Source of the DNA: Oikopleura dioica
Lineage: Eukaryota; Animalia; Chordata
Reading direction: 5' to 3'
NCBI GenBank assembly: GCA_907165135.1
Contig: OU015569.1
Span: 5,084,001 to 5,148,000, forward strand
Length of the DNA: 64,000 nt
Notes under the pieces: generated by a model
Seen by the model: the letters and a program-made list of their open reading frames with translations, nothing else
Databases searched by the model: none
Told to the model about the DNA's origin: nothing
Translations under genes and position numbers: made by a program
In this document: positions 25,930-38,996 of the stretch, piece by piece
Numbering within the stretch: position 1 is the first letter of the stretch
How the letters are laid out: each line of letters begins with the position of its first letter

Positions 25930-26013
25930 ATTTCAAAGACACTTGACATACGATTTTGTTTATTTATTATAGTTTGGCATGATAAGGGAAAGAAATTGGC
26001 GAAAGAGGGGATT

Positions 26014-27198
26014 TTATTCTTCCTCGCTTTCTTCCTCGGCCGAAGAAGAGTTCTGTTCTGCGGTAACTTCGGGGGTCACTTTCAGCTTGTTTTTGTCGAA
26101 AGCGGTGATTTGCTCGAGGGTCTTCTCCTTGGCGATGTCTTAAAAGATTGCTAAATGATCAGAACCAGACGAGCTTACCTTCAACTGACGGAAGGACGAC
26201 CTTCTCTTCAGTTTCAACATGATTGAGTTTGGCTGGGTCAAAATTAGCCACATTTCTCATCGTGAGCGTCTGGAATATATGAAAGTCTCTTTATTATTGA
26301 CGGTTTACCTCAGCTGGGAGTTCTTTTTCCTTGATTTCAACGTGGTTGAGCGATTCTGGCTTGAAGCTCTCGATCTCCGATGAGATTTTCTCTCGGGCGA
26401 TTTCTTAAAACAGAGTTGAGAATGAAAAGTTTTCCGAATAAACTCACCTTCAGTGTTTGGGAGAAGAACCTTTTCGACTGTTTCCATTTTCTTCAGTTGG
26501 CTCTTGTCGAAGTTGTTGATCTCAGAGGGGATCTGCTCCCGGGAAACGTCTATTTTACTCATGTAAAGATTCTGCCTATCGATAAAAGCGCTCACCTTCT
26601 GCTTTTGGAAGAATGTTCTTCTCGACGACTTCTTGGTGCTTCAGCTCGTTCTTCTCAAAATTTTCTACTTCACTGAGAAGCTCCGTTGAAAGCCGCACCT
26701 CGGCCTGAGCATTTTCCAAAATTGATCGCTTAGTTTTTTACCTCGGGTGGAGAGTTGTCTTCTTCTGAAGCTTCCTCATTTTCCTTGCTAGCCTCAATGA
26801 GAATTTCGGCGGGCGCAGGATCTGAAAAAGTCATTATCGGAAGAAAGAATATTAAACGAACCTTCAGCAGCAGCAGCTTCAACTTTCTCCTCCTCTGGCG
26901 CTTTTTCTTCTTCCAGAGCGGGTTCCTCGGGGATCGTGTCACTCGTGCACTGAGTCTTCTTCTCGACCGTTTCTTCGACTGCTTCTTCTTTTTCTTCTTC
27001 CTTCGCAGTGTCGCTGACAGGAACAGAAGCCTCAGGCTCTTGAGCAGGGGCCTTGACGCTTTCTTCTTTGATTTCCCCCTCAACCGGCTCCGTTTTTTCC
27101 TTCGGCGCTGCCTTAGCCTTGCTCTTGTTTTGTGGTTATTTCTGCTCATGTCATTTATCTCTGTACTATACCTTGTTGCTACTGAAGAGGTTTCCCAT
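26014..27198 (-). CDS. Multi-repeat beta-thymosin/WH2 protein with N-terminal myristoylation motif and Glu/Ala/Pro-rich region
   Basis: MGNLFSSNK|SKAKAAPKEKTEP..acidic, then five exon-encoded repeats: EVENFEKNELKHQEVVEKNILP, EINNFDKSQLKKMETVEKVLLP, EIESFKPESLNHVEIKEKELP, NVANFDPAKLNHVETEEKVVLP, QITAFDKNKLKVT. Confidence 0.88.
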
Positions 27199-29608
27199 TT
27201 TAAAAAATCAAAAAAATAAATCCGAAAAAGCGGCCTTTTTCTGCGAGAGCAACTTTGCGTCTGTCTCGAAATAACGAAAAGAGCCAATGCGCCCGCCCGA
27301 GCGACGAAAACAACCGGTAAGATTTTTCGCAGGAGATTGCAAACATCAAATTTTGCCCGGAGTCTGAAAGTACTATTCGACTAGTTTTGGCGTTTTTCTT
27401 CGTTACTTAGCGAATCGATTATCTGAAATTATAGTTTTTGTCTTCCTTGATTCCACAACGGAAATAATGTTGGAAATTTTGTTTTATTGAAGAAAAATGA
27501 CGAAATTCGTGCAAAAGTTCATGACTCTTTATTCGTGGAGTGCCCGTATGAGAGATTTCCTACGATCGAATAAACGTAAGTACGCTCAGAACAAAAGGTG
27601 CTTCACACATCTTGAGATAATCACAAATGAATTTAAATGGGCGGTCCATTTTGATTCTGAAAATCAAAATCAGAATACAAATATAAAATTGTGAAGAATT
27701 TTCAATGCAGTCCTTCAAGAGTGATTTTAAAACTATCCAGATAGCTGCTGTCGATCCTCATGCGCCGGTAACTTGCACTTATTTCGAAAACCAAAGATTT
27801 GAAAACTAAATAAATTGATAATCAGTGTCTAGAGATAACAGATTCTGGAATAAGTAAAACCTGTTAAGAGTAGTATTATTAGCCTTCATACAACAACGTC
27901 GAGTATGAATCGAAAATACAGGAGAGCAAAGAAATCCAACAGATGCCACCAAAGAAGCCGCAAAAAGGAAGATTGCAAAAATTCCTCGCCTGGATTTTTT
28001 GCTCCTCCGGCTCAAACAAAAGCTGAAATTTCTAAAATTTTAATAAATAAATGCAAAAAATTAGCTCTTCTGTAAAGGATGGTCAGCTGTTTTGGCATTG
28101 TGCATTACAATCGATCCGGGATCTTGGCCGACCTTTGACCTTATCGCATGTTGTTGGCCTACGCATTATTTAGAATTTTGATTTTGATCTGGCGGACACG
28201 CCTTGAGAAAAAAACTCACTTGAGAAATAAAAAAATCTAAACCCAAAAAAGGTATGGAAGAGCCACGGGTAGTCCCAGATATTGAGAAATGCGCTGGCCA
28301 AGAAGCAGAAGCCTTTGAAAGCGAGGAAGGAGAAGTCTTCGTTGATCTCATCGAGTCACTCGTCATCGCGCTCATTGACAAGTTCACGAGCAAGAACTGA
28401 ACTCTGTAGTGCAACCTTTTCTACTGTATATGTATATTCTCGGTTTCGAAATAAACGATCTGATTCATTTTCATGATTTTATACGGGCTTTGGCAAAATA
28501 AGAAATTGTTATTACTGCAATAGAAGGACTTAAATATAGTCAATATTTTGTGGTCAATATATCATGTGGGGGCACGTAAGGATCGTAAGGACACGTAACT
28601 CAAAAGATTGATCAAAGTGCCTTTTGAGATGGTTTTATGGACATTATATATTTTACTTTGAGTAATTGTAAATTTTGCAGTGTAAAATACTTCTGTTCGT
28701 GTGAGATGAGAACTGTAGCTAGTTTAGTGTTTGGCTATTTGAAAGAGCTCATCCTGAGCGTTGCTGATCCCAAGCAGCGTATTTATTTTTTGAAAAAACA
28801 GTCGCTTCATTTTTGGCGTAGACTTATTTGAACCTCAAGTTCCGGGGGTTAGCTCTATTTGTTTTCAAAGCCACCTTCTTAGGAGCGGGCATATTCTGAG
28901 TTTCTTTTACGCGTGTCTTTTTTCGATGTAGCTTTGCTTTAGCCCTCATCCATATCTGCCGATGACCTCTGTGGTCTTTGGTTGCCTCAGGTCCTGGTAC
29001 GATGGGGCCAAGCATCGCCACTTTTGCACAAGGGTCGCGAAACGCGCAAAAATGCGAAACGAAGAGAGCAACCGGTGGCGCTCGGTCCCAACTGCCGTTG
29101 ACCTTCTCTGCTCGGGCTCCAAGACCCACTCGATTCAGCGCGACTGTGCCACTTTGAATGCACTATTAAAGGTCTACCCGTCGATCGTTTTTTTTCCTCA
29201 ATTTTTTCCTCACAAATATTTCCGTTTATATCCGGTGATTTTTCCCAAATCTTAAAATTATTTCAATTTCGTAAATTTCACCTTAAAAGTGTCTACAGTG
29301 GTTCCATGCAGGAGAAAAAAGTCTGAAGATTCAGCTTGCGGGCGTAAAAGGCGCTTAGCTGCGTTAAACCACTTAAAAATTCGAGTGCGTTCGCTGCTGA
29401 CCCGGGAACCGTACTGTAGCTCAAATCTCGTGCTTTGGGTGGTTTTGGATGAAAAGTTCTGAAAGAATCCTTCAGTCTTGGGTTGTCGAAGTCTAACTTT
29501 AAAAATATTTGCAATATAATTTACAAAGAATTATTCCTGCAGAATTTGATAATTAAATACGAGTACTGGCCACACATTCCGAAACGCAGAGGGTTACGAG
29601 ACTTGCGA

Positions 29609-29661
29609 CGATAAGCTCTCTTATCAATTTCTATCCTTTTCCTTATCCTGGTTGCGATAAG
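29609..29661. promoter_or_regulatory. Cluster of four GATAAG motifs (candidate GATA enhancer)
   Basis: GATAAG twice on + and CTTATC twice within 53 bp of non-coding DNA. Confidence 0.3.
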
Positions 29662-30123
29662 ACCTCGCGACCCGTCACGAAACGCTTCAGTTTAACGAAG
29701 CGATGCACAATTTTTATCAGCACTCTAAACGGATTAAAAGGCTTTATAAAGGTACTCTATGTCATCAACAAAATGATAATTTTAGAACGAAGGAATGCAC
29801 TGAAATCGAAACAACAAAACTATCATGTTCGAAACCGCCATAAAAGTCGTGACGAGACCTGAAAAAATGTCCTTACTTTTCGTGCATTTCCTCTGAGAAA
29901 CTGAACATGTCCAAGATAAGAGTTGGATGGCGAGAGAGGGCATTAATCTGTGTCCTTTCTAAAATGTGCTTCCGTCGATCGGATTTTCAACTTCCAGCCC
30001 GATTCCGGCTTACAAGACCTGCGAAGAACCTTCTTTAACTTTCGACTCGTTTGGTTTTATTTTCATTCAGTAAGAAAAACATATGTACAAGAGTTACAGG
30101 AGTGTCCTAGCTACGAGCTAGAG

Positions 30124-32699
30124 TCAGATCATCGGCGACGGCCGTGGCGAATCGAGCTCTCTCTTCTGCGGCGCCAGGTAGTCATCTCTTTCTTTTTCTT
30201 CGCCATCGCTGCTGGCCTCGCGCCATTGTGTGAAAAGAGCGAATCCAACAGCGAGAACTGAAATTAATTTTAAAAATTTAGTTGAAACTTTGTTTTTCTG
30301 GTTATGATTATGCTAGTGATGCTTCTCTGTTTTAGATTATTTTGAACCAACACTTTTGATGATGAATAATACAAAGGGCCTCATCAAAGTGAAATTATTG
30401 CTCGTAGATTTTAGTTTCAACTAATATATCAAACTATAACGGACCCTCTCTAACCCTAACCCTTATCGATGAGTTTAAAAATTATGGCCCATATATTCGA
30501 GTTGAATGGATAACCAAACAGGTTGCTTACGAAAGTGGAATTAGAATGCGCTAACCCTATGTTCTGAATAAATTCTTGAGGGAACGCCAGGATGGATTAA
30601 GAGGGATTTGTAAAAATGCTTTTAGGAAGAAAATGTTTTGGGCTTGCTCGCGGCACTTTCTGTGGCTGATTATGAAGGGCTTTCCTCAGAACAGAGCTCA
30701 TTAGCAGCACCGGACTCAGAATTGCCTGGCATCAAGCCAACGAACGTTACTAGAACTTTCTAGTTCTATTTTCTAAATAGACCGTTATGATATTAGTTGA
30801 AACAGCGCAAATAAGATCTAATCAGAAAGCGGTTTATTTTATCATAAAAAACAGGCTCAGGCCGAGTATTCTTTTCCTACTTTTAAATTCTCACTTGAGA
30901 GTATTCCATTTGGATTCCATCGTGGGAACCAAAGATTTTCAACGCTCTGCTTCTAATAGTTTTCGTTGCCATTACTTCATTAATCAATAGTATCCAATTG
31001 TTAGTTTATGATAATAATTCATTGTTGGTAGTGAATCTGTTATCAGATAATAAAAATTACGTCTGGAGACGTTATTACGACGCTAATAGTCCGAAACTGC
31101 GGTAAGTCAAACAAGCCCTGTCGTTCTATTTTTAGTGGTAACAATGTCCCGTGCTCTTTTTAGAAGCAGTCTTTATTTCGAAATTGTGCTCTGTACTCAT
31201 CCTTTCTCTTCGCCGGGCTTTTACGGACAAGATCCCCAAGAGTGACTCCTTAGCCCGCGCCTTGTTTTACATTTGTAACGTGAAAACCACTTGTTTATTT
31301 TGGAACGGGCAGAAGCTTTAAAATCGGGTTTTGGGTGGAGCCTGCTTACGAAAAATTTAGGACTCGCCCTTAATATCAAATAAATGCCGCTTTACGTAAA
31401 GTTTGGACTGAGAAATGGAGGCCGGAGGATTTTATCTCTTTGGTTAAATTTTCTGAGCTCTTGGAAATTAGTGGCGAGATGGAAACGGTAATTTCATAAG
31501 GGAGGGAATCGCTTTGGAGGAGTCGGAAGGGCTCCTTCCTGCCATTAACTTGGCGGCCAGTTAAAAGGAAAAACTGCCGATGGCGTTCCAGAGTCATTCC
31601 TCTGCTTCCAGCGCTCTGCTTCATCGAAAATTTCGACATCTGACTCCTCCCTTATTCTGCGTAAGAGGTAGTTACTTTGGTAGAAGCTCATGTTCGCACA
31701 AGTTGTTGCTTCAAACCCGCCGGTAAGACATGAATTTGGAAAGAAACTGTTATCCGAAGTGTTTTTTAAAACTCTTGCTCTCGTTGGACATACCTGAGAT
31801 TGTAACAAATGCCATAGCAGCATTGCAGTGATGATTGAGGGAGCGCGTTTCAGCACGATCCGAACATTCGGTGATCAGTTGCAGACATTCCTCGCGCTGC
31901 TCCCGGCTAGAATTGGCTTTTTCAAAGATATTTTTGCATGCATACTAATTTGATATCGGGCTAGAAAAATTGACGCAGAAGTCAGAACGAGGATATTTTT
32001 GAGAAAGCCGTTTCAAAACTCCTTGTCGATTTGAATTTGGTCGTCGCATCTAAAGGGAGAGCCGTTGGACAGCAAAATCGTTTCGTTTTTCAACTGGATC
32101 TTGACTGGGCCGCCCTGTGCCATCGCTGCGATGAAAACTACCCAAGCGATGAAGAGAAAGAGCCCCGCCACTAAAGTTTACTCAGTCTTCATCCAAAATT
32201 CGTCCCAAGTGCCCTCATACAAAATTATTTCAAAAGATCACTTCACATTCAAACTAGCTGCCAAGAAATATTATCCGAGGAATCACTCAAGATCAACTTT
32301 AACGGTCAAAATGTTAAGTGTATCCGTCATAATGGTTGTTCAAAATTTTCTTTCATTATTTGAACGTCAAAGCTTAATCTTTTCACTCAAAAATACCGAA
32401 TTAAACGATTATCGTTTGAGTATAAAAAAGTCAAATTTGGCTCTCGAGTTCATCGATGTTCACTTTGACATGAGTTTGTTTTGACGAGTGGGTGATTTGC
32501 GACTTACGTGAGTTCGTGCTGGCAAGTAGAATCGGCCATTCTTGTTTCGCTTCAGGAAGAAAGACGCACAGACCGCCAGTGAGCGCTAGAATCAACAGGG
32601 ATGTGATCAGAAGCCCGAGAATTGGGGAGAAGAGTCCATCCCGCTCGCCTTTCATCGTTCCAAACAAGATTGTCGAAAGGAGCACTAATCCGGCCGGCA
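30124..32699 (-). CDS. Orphan four-TM protein with Cys-rich second loop (5' exon not found)
   Basis: Four phase-compatible exons (~32497-32699, ~32020-32180, ~31795-31910, 30124-30257) give PAGLVLLSTILFG..ILGLLITSLLILALTGGLCVFL..LAGLFLFIAWVVFIAAM..C..C..C..C..AAMAFVTISVLAVGFALF..SPMI*. Confidence 0.65.
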
Positions 32700-34249
32700 C
32701 TAAGGCAATTTTACTAAGGCGTTAATTTTTTTAATCCATCATATTTTATGATTTATTTAAAGCGGCTCCAAAGGATCAAGAGAAGCTATCGTAACGTTAG
32801 ATTTGATAGACTTTCTTCTAATCCTAGCCCCGTGAGTTTTTAGAGCACTTTGAAAACAAAATGACAGAGTGGGGACAATCGAGGGCACGCATGAACGGGA
32901 AAGCTTGTTGGCCTTTAGTCGAATCGCCTCTCATTCTCCTAAATGCTTGTTTTTGGTGAAATGCACTTTGTCTTCAAAATACAAAAACGCCGAAGCAAGA
33001 CGGCGAAAATGACGTCCGCTGTTTGAGTCCAAAACATATTTCTCAGAACATCGAAAGCTCTGATAACTTTTCCTCAAACGCTGTTATTACACCAAGTACC
33101 ATTTAAACCGTAGATACGACTTATAAGATATTTTAACATTGCAGCAATAAGAAGTTGTATCTTCCAAACGGGTAGCTTACTGTACCTATACTTATTAGTC
33201 GCGAAGCCATCCTGCCCTCTGTTGCAACCATCCTATATTATTTTTTTGAAGTTTCTTTTTTTTTCTTTTTTACTATCTCTTTCAGTTTTTCAGTTTCGCT
33301 TTCAGTTTTTTTCGCGTTTTTTCTTCGGCTTGAGGCGAGTGCGCTTTTGTCCGAGCGGCGCACTTGAAGCAATTTCAAAAGAGCTTTTTCTGAAAAACTG
33401 AATTTTTGAGTAATTTGCTCTCTAATTTACTTTCAGTGCGCAAATCTTGAAAAAAAGGTTTAATAGGAATGGTTCTAGAGGTTTAGTTTTGCGTTAACCA
33501 GGGACACGCTCCTCCGGAAGTTAATTTTCTGACGAGTAAATTTTACCTCGTAAAATTCGTTTCTGTCGATGTTTTATTCGAAAAGTGGTCAGATGCTCGA
33601 AATCATAGATCTTGGTGAATCATCTCTATATAAAAAAACGCAGGTCTCGTAAAAGTGCTTTGGGCACACAAGCGCGCCGCACCCTCTCTTTTTTCGTGCT
33701 CACTGCCAAATTAATTTTAAATAAGATAAAACATTGTTTATTCTATATGCTTTCTATGTGTGTAAATTACAATCGCCGAAGAATGCGAAATGGAGATCCA
33801 GGAGCGCTGAGACATTATTGATTTGGGCTATTACAACTTGGATCTCTGTTCTTTTTTATTTATTGTCAGCTACTGATACAGTCAGGCAAAAGAAGTATAC
33901 TTGTACAGAGAGTGATCGTTCAAGGTTAGGCGAAACTGCTCGATACAGTCAGAAGACTGAATAATACATTAACACGATTAATAGCCCAGATGACATGTAG
34001 AAAACCCGGTATATGGTATTATTACGGGAGATGAACGAAAAAAACTTAAAGCACGATTTTTTCGTTTCAATTTATTTAATGATTGTCTAAGATTAAGACC
34101 ATTTTTATAAAAGTCAAATGTATGACGTGAAATGATACCCGTTCTGATGTAGATCTGCGTTAGAATGCGCTGATGAGAAACGGCCGGGCGCTAGAATGTG
34201 TTGAGTGTTTTCTTGGCCCTGGTCGGGCGTGGCGGCAGTGATCGAGGAA

Positions 34250-35600
34250 GACAGGTATCCTGGCTTATTCGGGATGGGCCGGACTGAGACGGGCCTCGCC
34301 GCTCCTAATCGCGCCCAGTTCATCCCTTCCCGAGATAGGAGGCAGTCGCCCACCGCCGCTTAGTATCCCCTTAAAAGGGATCAACCTTTAAAAACCCCCT
34401 TCAGTAGCAAATAATCCTTCTGACATTATTACACTCTTATATACCTTATTATATGCACAATACTAAGATGATGGCGAATAAATTTGGTTAGGGTTGAATG
34501 TTTTAAGTTAATTAAGGTTTGATCCCGACCGAAGCGACTTCAGAAGTGTTTCTCAGCGCTCTTATCGAAGAAAGCCTGTTTGCAAGGGCGACAACTTTAG
34601 GCTGCAGCTTTTTGGAAAGAATCGCTAGAGTGTCTCTAATTGGAATCATTAGCCCGTGGCTGGGCCTGCACGTGAAGTAGCGCTTCCCTTGCACGATTCC
34701 ATCGTGCCTTCCTACGGCCACGTCTAGTTCGAGTCCGACGTAAACCTAAACCGTGTGAAAGAAGAAACTCAAAGCTAGCCAACAGTTTTACCATATTCTT
34801 GCGGGGGCTCTTTTCCAAGTGGCCTAAGTATCGAACAGTGCCGACGCGGTTGCGCTTGATAAGGATGCGCATGCCCACTTCGAGGATGAGCTTGGCGTTG
34901 CGCATCATCGTCAACTTCTCGAGGTCATCTTTGAAACGCCGCACAGAATTCGCTAGTTTAGGTAGCTGAAAGAGCTCGCCAAAGTCGCCGCCTCGGAAAG
35001 ACGCACTGCGGAAGAAAACTTTGCAGCTTTGGCATCGGCAGCCAACGATTGGGCCTGCGAAGCTCTCTGGCAAATCAGGCAGCTGGCGGACGTACTCACG
35101 CTCGGAGGAGAACTCTCCAGGAGCAAGTTCTAGCTGAGTACTTTCGAATTCGTCTTCGGACTCGGCCAAATGTTCAAGCAGTCGCAATTGAGCTCCCTTT
35201 TTTGGATGTACTTCTCACTGTTAATTATACACTGCTGTTATGTTAATCCGTAACTGAGGTGTTGGCTGTGAGGGATAGTAGTTGTCTTCTAAACATAGAA
35301 AAACGTGAGCATGTATGTTTGTCAGTATTTCTGTTTTTAATTCGAGCCGCTGTGTAAACATTTTGGGTGGAACGAGTACCTTTTCTAAACAACACTCTTT
35401 CGGCGCGTTCGCGAGCTTCCTCCAAACTCAAACGCAGTTCTTTTCGCTCCTTCTCCAATTCTTCGCATCTCATTCGCGCTTATTTCGTTCAAATACTCCT
35501 AGCCTATATCTATCAAATTAATAACTTGCTGAATTTGAACGGTCCCTATTTCGCCTCTCGCGAGTTCTTGCTGTACGTTCGCCATCGCCGCTAATTTTGC
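34250..35600 (-). CDS. Coiled-coil plus CAP-Gly domain protein
   Basis: LEVGMRILIKRNRVGTVRYLGHL...VYVGLELDVAVGRHDGIVQGKRYFTCRPSHGLMI is a CAP-Gly domain, with an upstream coiled coil EELEKERKELRLSLEEARERAE. Ends are uncertain; possible further 5' exons at 36.0-36.7 kb. Confidence 0.75.
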
Positions 35601-37368
35601 CTTACTCGGGTTTTCGAAAGCAGAAAAAAATGTTCTTGAGTGCCAGAAAACACGGCTTCAAACTGCGGCCATGTTTTCTAGTTTGCGGCTTTTCTAGCTG
35701 CTTTTTCTTTTAAACAAGTCCTTTTAAGGAAACAATACTATTTCACTTTTGTTTATCAAAAAGATTTAAAATGGTGATCGGGTTTGACTGCAGCGTTTAG
35801 TTACAAGTCAGAGTGTGTTATCATCTGTTGATAAGGAGGCTCACGGAGACAGGTAACGTGACGCTCTTTTTTACGAGTTACGAACATCTTGTAAATTCAA
35901 AAAACCGCCTGGCCTTCACTTCGTTTTCATATTTTCCCCGAAGATCATCATTTTTTTCTAAAGGAAACAAAATAAGTCTTTATTCATTTATAAAGGGAAT
36001 TCGACAAAAAAAAGGAACCTTGTAGAAGGACGCAGCGCTGCTGGATAGACTCGTACTCCCAGTAGCCAAGCATAGATTGCTTCTTTTCGAGGATTTGGTT
36101 AGTCGCTGTTCCCGAGTCTACAGGCGCGTTGTACTGGACTGCTTGCTCGTTGCTTGGGATCGGTTCACAGTGCCTGCACGTGCACTTTACTTCTCCAACC
36201 AAACTCGTGTTCACTCCGCAATCTTCGTAAATTGCGACGTTTGCAGTCTAATCCTAGGATCCCAAACTATCAAATGCTCAATGGACACTTTTTAATACGA
36301 AGTTATCTTCTCAAAATTCTAGCAGCATTAGGAATTTTCGGTCAGAATAAGTACCAATTTGATTCGAGATTCATAAGAGTAGAATTCCATAAAATCCGCC
36401 AATATTTTAGCATACTAACATAAAAGCCACAGATGGCAACTTTTGAGCAAGCAGTTGGAAATCCTTATCACTGAATGCAGATTTCTTGAACGGTTTGACA
36501 ATTGAAATCTTCGGTTTCGACAATGGGCTTCGAGTTTTTGAGAAAAGCTTCTGCCTCGCGGAATTTAGCTTCGAATTCCGCCGCTTTTTCTTCGTGCTCG
36601 TGGTTTTGCATCACCATCCGCGAGATTTCCTGGCACAGTGGAATTATTCCTTTTTATATGCTCAACAATTCCTTCGAAAAGAGTCTCGTTAATGCTGCAA
36701 TTTCGAATACTTAAATTTTTGAATTTTAAAGCGTATTCCTTGCTTCGCTGTTTTCAAAACAAGTTGAATCGCACGTTTTACATCAGCATGCTGCCGATCA
36801 TCGTCTATTCCGTAATAACGACTGACAAATTAGAGATTAAATAACAACAAGAATTGTTCAAAACATTTTCAAATAACGTTAACGCTCTGTCAATTCGATT
36901 TTACGTTCCTGGAGAAACCTCCATCTTCGTAATCATGCTCTCTAAGTTTTCGGACGTCATTTTTAAAAAAGGAAATGAAGAAATGAGGGATGGAAAATGA
37001 GAAATTTTGAAATGGAGAGTTACGGGAGCGTACAATTTTAAAAATTAATTGAAACAGCTGCCTGCCGCGAAAATTTCGAATGAGTCACGAGCCGGATTCT
37101 AGCGGAATGAATAATTACCTTCTCAAAATGAGAGCTTCTAGGGAAAGTAGATTACCGATAAAACGAACAAACAGATTATGCAGATAACGGAGCATGTGAT
37201 TTTTATGGAAGTTGGTGGAGAAAAAGCTCTCTGATGCTCTCGGTACTCGGCGACGGCGGTGCTTGGAGTACCCTGCGCGGCAGGTGGCGCTCGTTCTTCA
37301 GAATGCTTATAAAAGCTTCTCCACCGCTGCCGATTAAGTAGTCCCGATAGTAGACAGAAACTAAAGAA

Positions 37369-38996
37369 ATGAAGCTTTTGTGTTCCGTTATTGCCCTTGC
37401 TGCCGCCTCCGCTAACGATCCCAATGATTTCATGAAGCGAAAGAGTAAGTAACCAAACAGAAAAAACAGAGATCGAGAGAAAACTACAGGTTTTTATTGT
37501 CTAATTAAGACTCCTGCACTGGCACCCCTCTGTCGGACAAGTCTTGAAGGAGCAAGACAACTACGTCGTCACTGAGGATGACGTCGCCGACTGGCAAGCT
37601 TGCGGTGACAACGCTGTTTGCACCAACGGCCGAGGCTGGAACTTCGAGTGCGCTTGCGCCGAAGGCTACCTCGACTTCGACCCATCCAGCTACCGAAAGT
37701 TCGGTGCCTGCGTCTACGACTCTTGCGCTGACACCACCTGCCAGGACAACGCCTCCTGCAGCGTCTCCGCTGATGGTGCTGCCTCCTGCGCCTGCGACGA
37801 TGACTACTACTACGAGTCCGTCGAACAATTCGATGCTGACGGTAACTCCACCGGATTCGCTGACACTTGCTACTTCGATGCCTGCGCCGAAGACCCATGC
37901 GCTGACAACACCGACTGCGCCAACGACGCCGGTTCCGCCGTCTGCTCCTGCAGCGCTGGCTTCTTTGACTACGCTGGTGATGCTTCTAACTGCGTCCCAG
38001 ACGCTTGCGGCAGCTCCGATGACTGCTCCGCCGATGCCACCTGCACCGTCGAGCTCCCAGACGTCAACGGAACCGCCCAGTGGTCTTGCGATTGCGACGA
38101 TGGTTTCTACGGTGATGGAGTCACTTGCTACGTTGACTCCTGCTCCGAGGACCCATGCCAGGCTGACTCCACCTGCGCCAACGACATGAACGACTACTCT
38201 TGCACTTGCAACGCTGGTTTCTACCTCGGCGCTGATGTTAACGGAACTGACTTCTGCTGGAGTAAGTAGCATTTCTCCATACTCTTCTCTATCTATTTCT
38301 TTATAGCCGATGTCTGTGACAGCGCCAACCCATGCTCCGCTGACGCCGCCTGCGCCAACCAGGCTGATGGCTCCCAGGAGTGCTCTTGCAACGATGGATT
38401 CAAGGGAGACGGATACGAATGCACCAGTAAGTTTGCGCTTTTATCTTCCGCTCATAGATTTGTACTAGGATCAAAACAGCTTGACTAACTCAATTATCTA
38501 GACATCGCTGGTGAGCGAGCTGCCAACATCCTTGCCCGAGCTGCTGAATTCGAGGCCACCGCCGCCGCTGACCTCGTCAACGACACCCGAGCTGCTGGCC
38601 GAGTCCAGAAGGCCCTCAACGCCTTCAACAACGACATCTTCTTCGTCAGCGAATGGACCCAGGGATGCTACAACAACGGTGACCTCCAGGCCGATGCCGC
38701 TGAGGCCGCTGACCTCGAATCCTCTGAAGAGCTCCTCGGATGGGACTCCGATGATCTCTGCGCCTTCGCTGATGATCTCCAGGTGATAATCAATGTAGAA
38801 AACAAGGTTTTTAACTGAATGCTTTCAGACCGCTGCCAAGCGATTCGCTCGATCTTTCGCTTGCGTCTCCTCCTTCGGCTACAACGCTGAGAAGAACATG
38901 GCCTTCAACACCAAGCGAGTCCACAAACAACTCAAGCGACAGAACAAGAAACTCAAGAACTTCGGCAAGAAAATCGATGCTGCCCTCGACTGCTAA
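37369..38996 (+). CDS. Secreted acidic EGF-repeat protein with Cys-containing helical, basic C-terminal domain (candidate house/oikosin-type protein)
   Basis: Signal MKLLCSVIALAAASA; about six EGF-like repeats (e.g. DSCSEDPCQADSTCANDMNDYSCTCNAGF); five exons; C-terminus KRVHKQLKRQNKKLKNFGKKIDAALDC*. Codon bias resembles the tubulin gene. Confidence 0.88.

Noticed and set aside
26730-27287. 185 aa Lys/Arg-rich ORF resembling a protamine or histone H1
   Set aside because: It is the shifted frame of the Glu-rich exon; splice phases support the acidic frame.
28254-28400. Short acidic ORF MEEPRVVPDIEKC...SKN
   Set aside because: Protein-like but under 50 aa with no homology I can recognise; needs expression data.
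28824-29255. Overlapping ~100 aa ORFs on both strands
   Set aside because: No recognisable motif or consistent splice signals.
30450-30463. CTAACCCTAACCCT telomere-like seed
   Set aside because: Only about two units; compatible with chance.
37505-38272. 255 aa minus-strand ORF and 203 aa Thr/Pro 'mucin-like' plus-strand ORF
   Set aside because: Shadows of the EGF-repeat exon; the Cys-patterned frame is the one that splices to a signal peptide.
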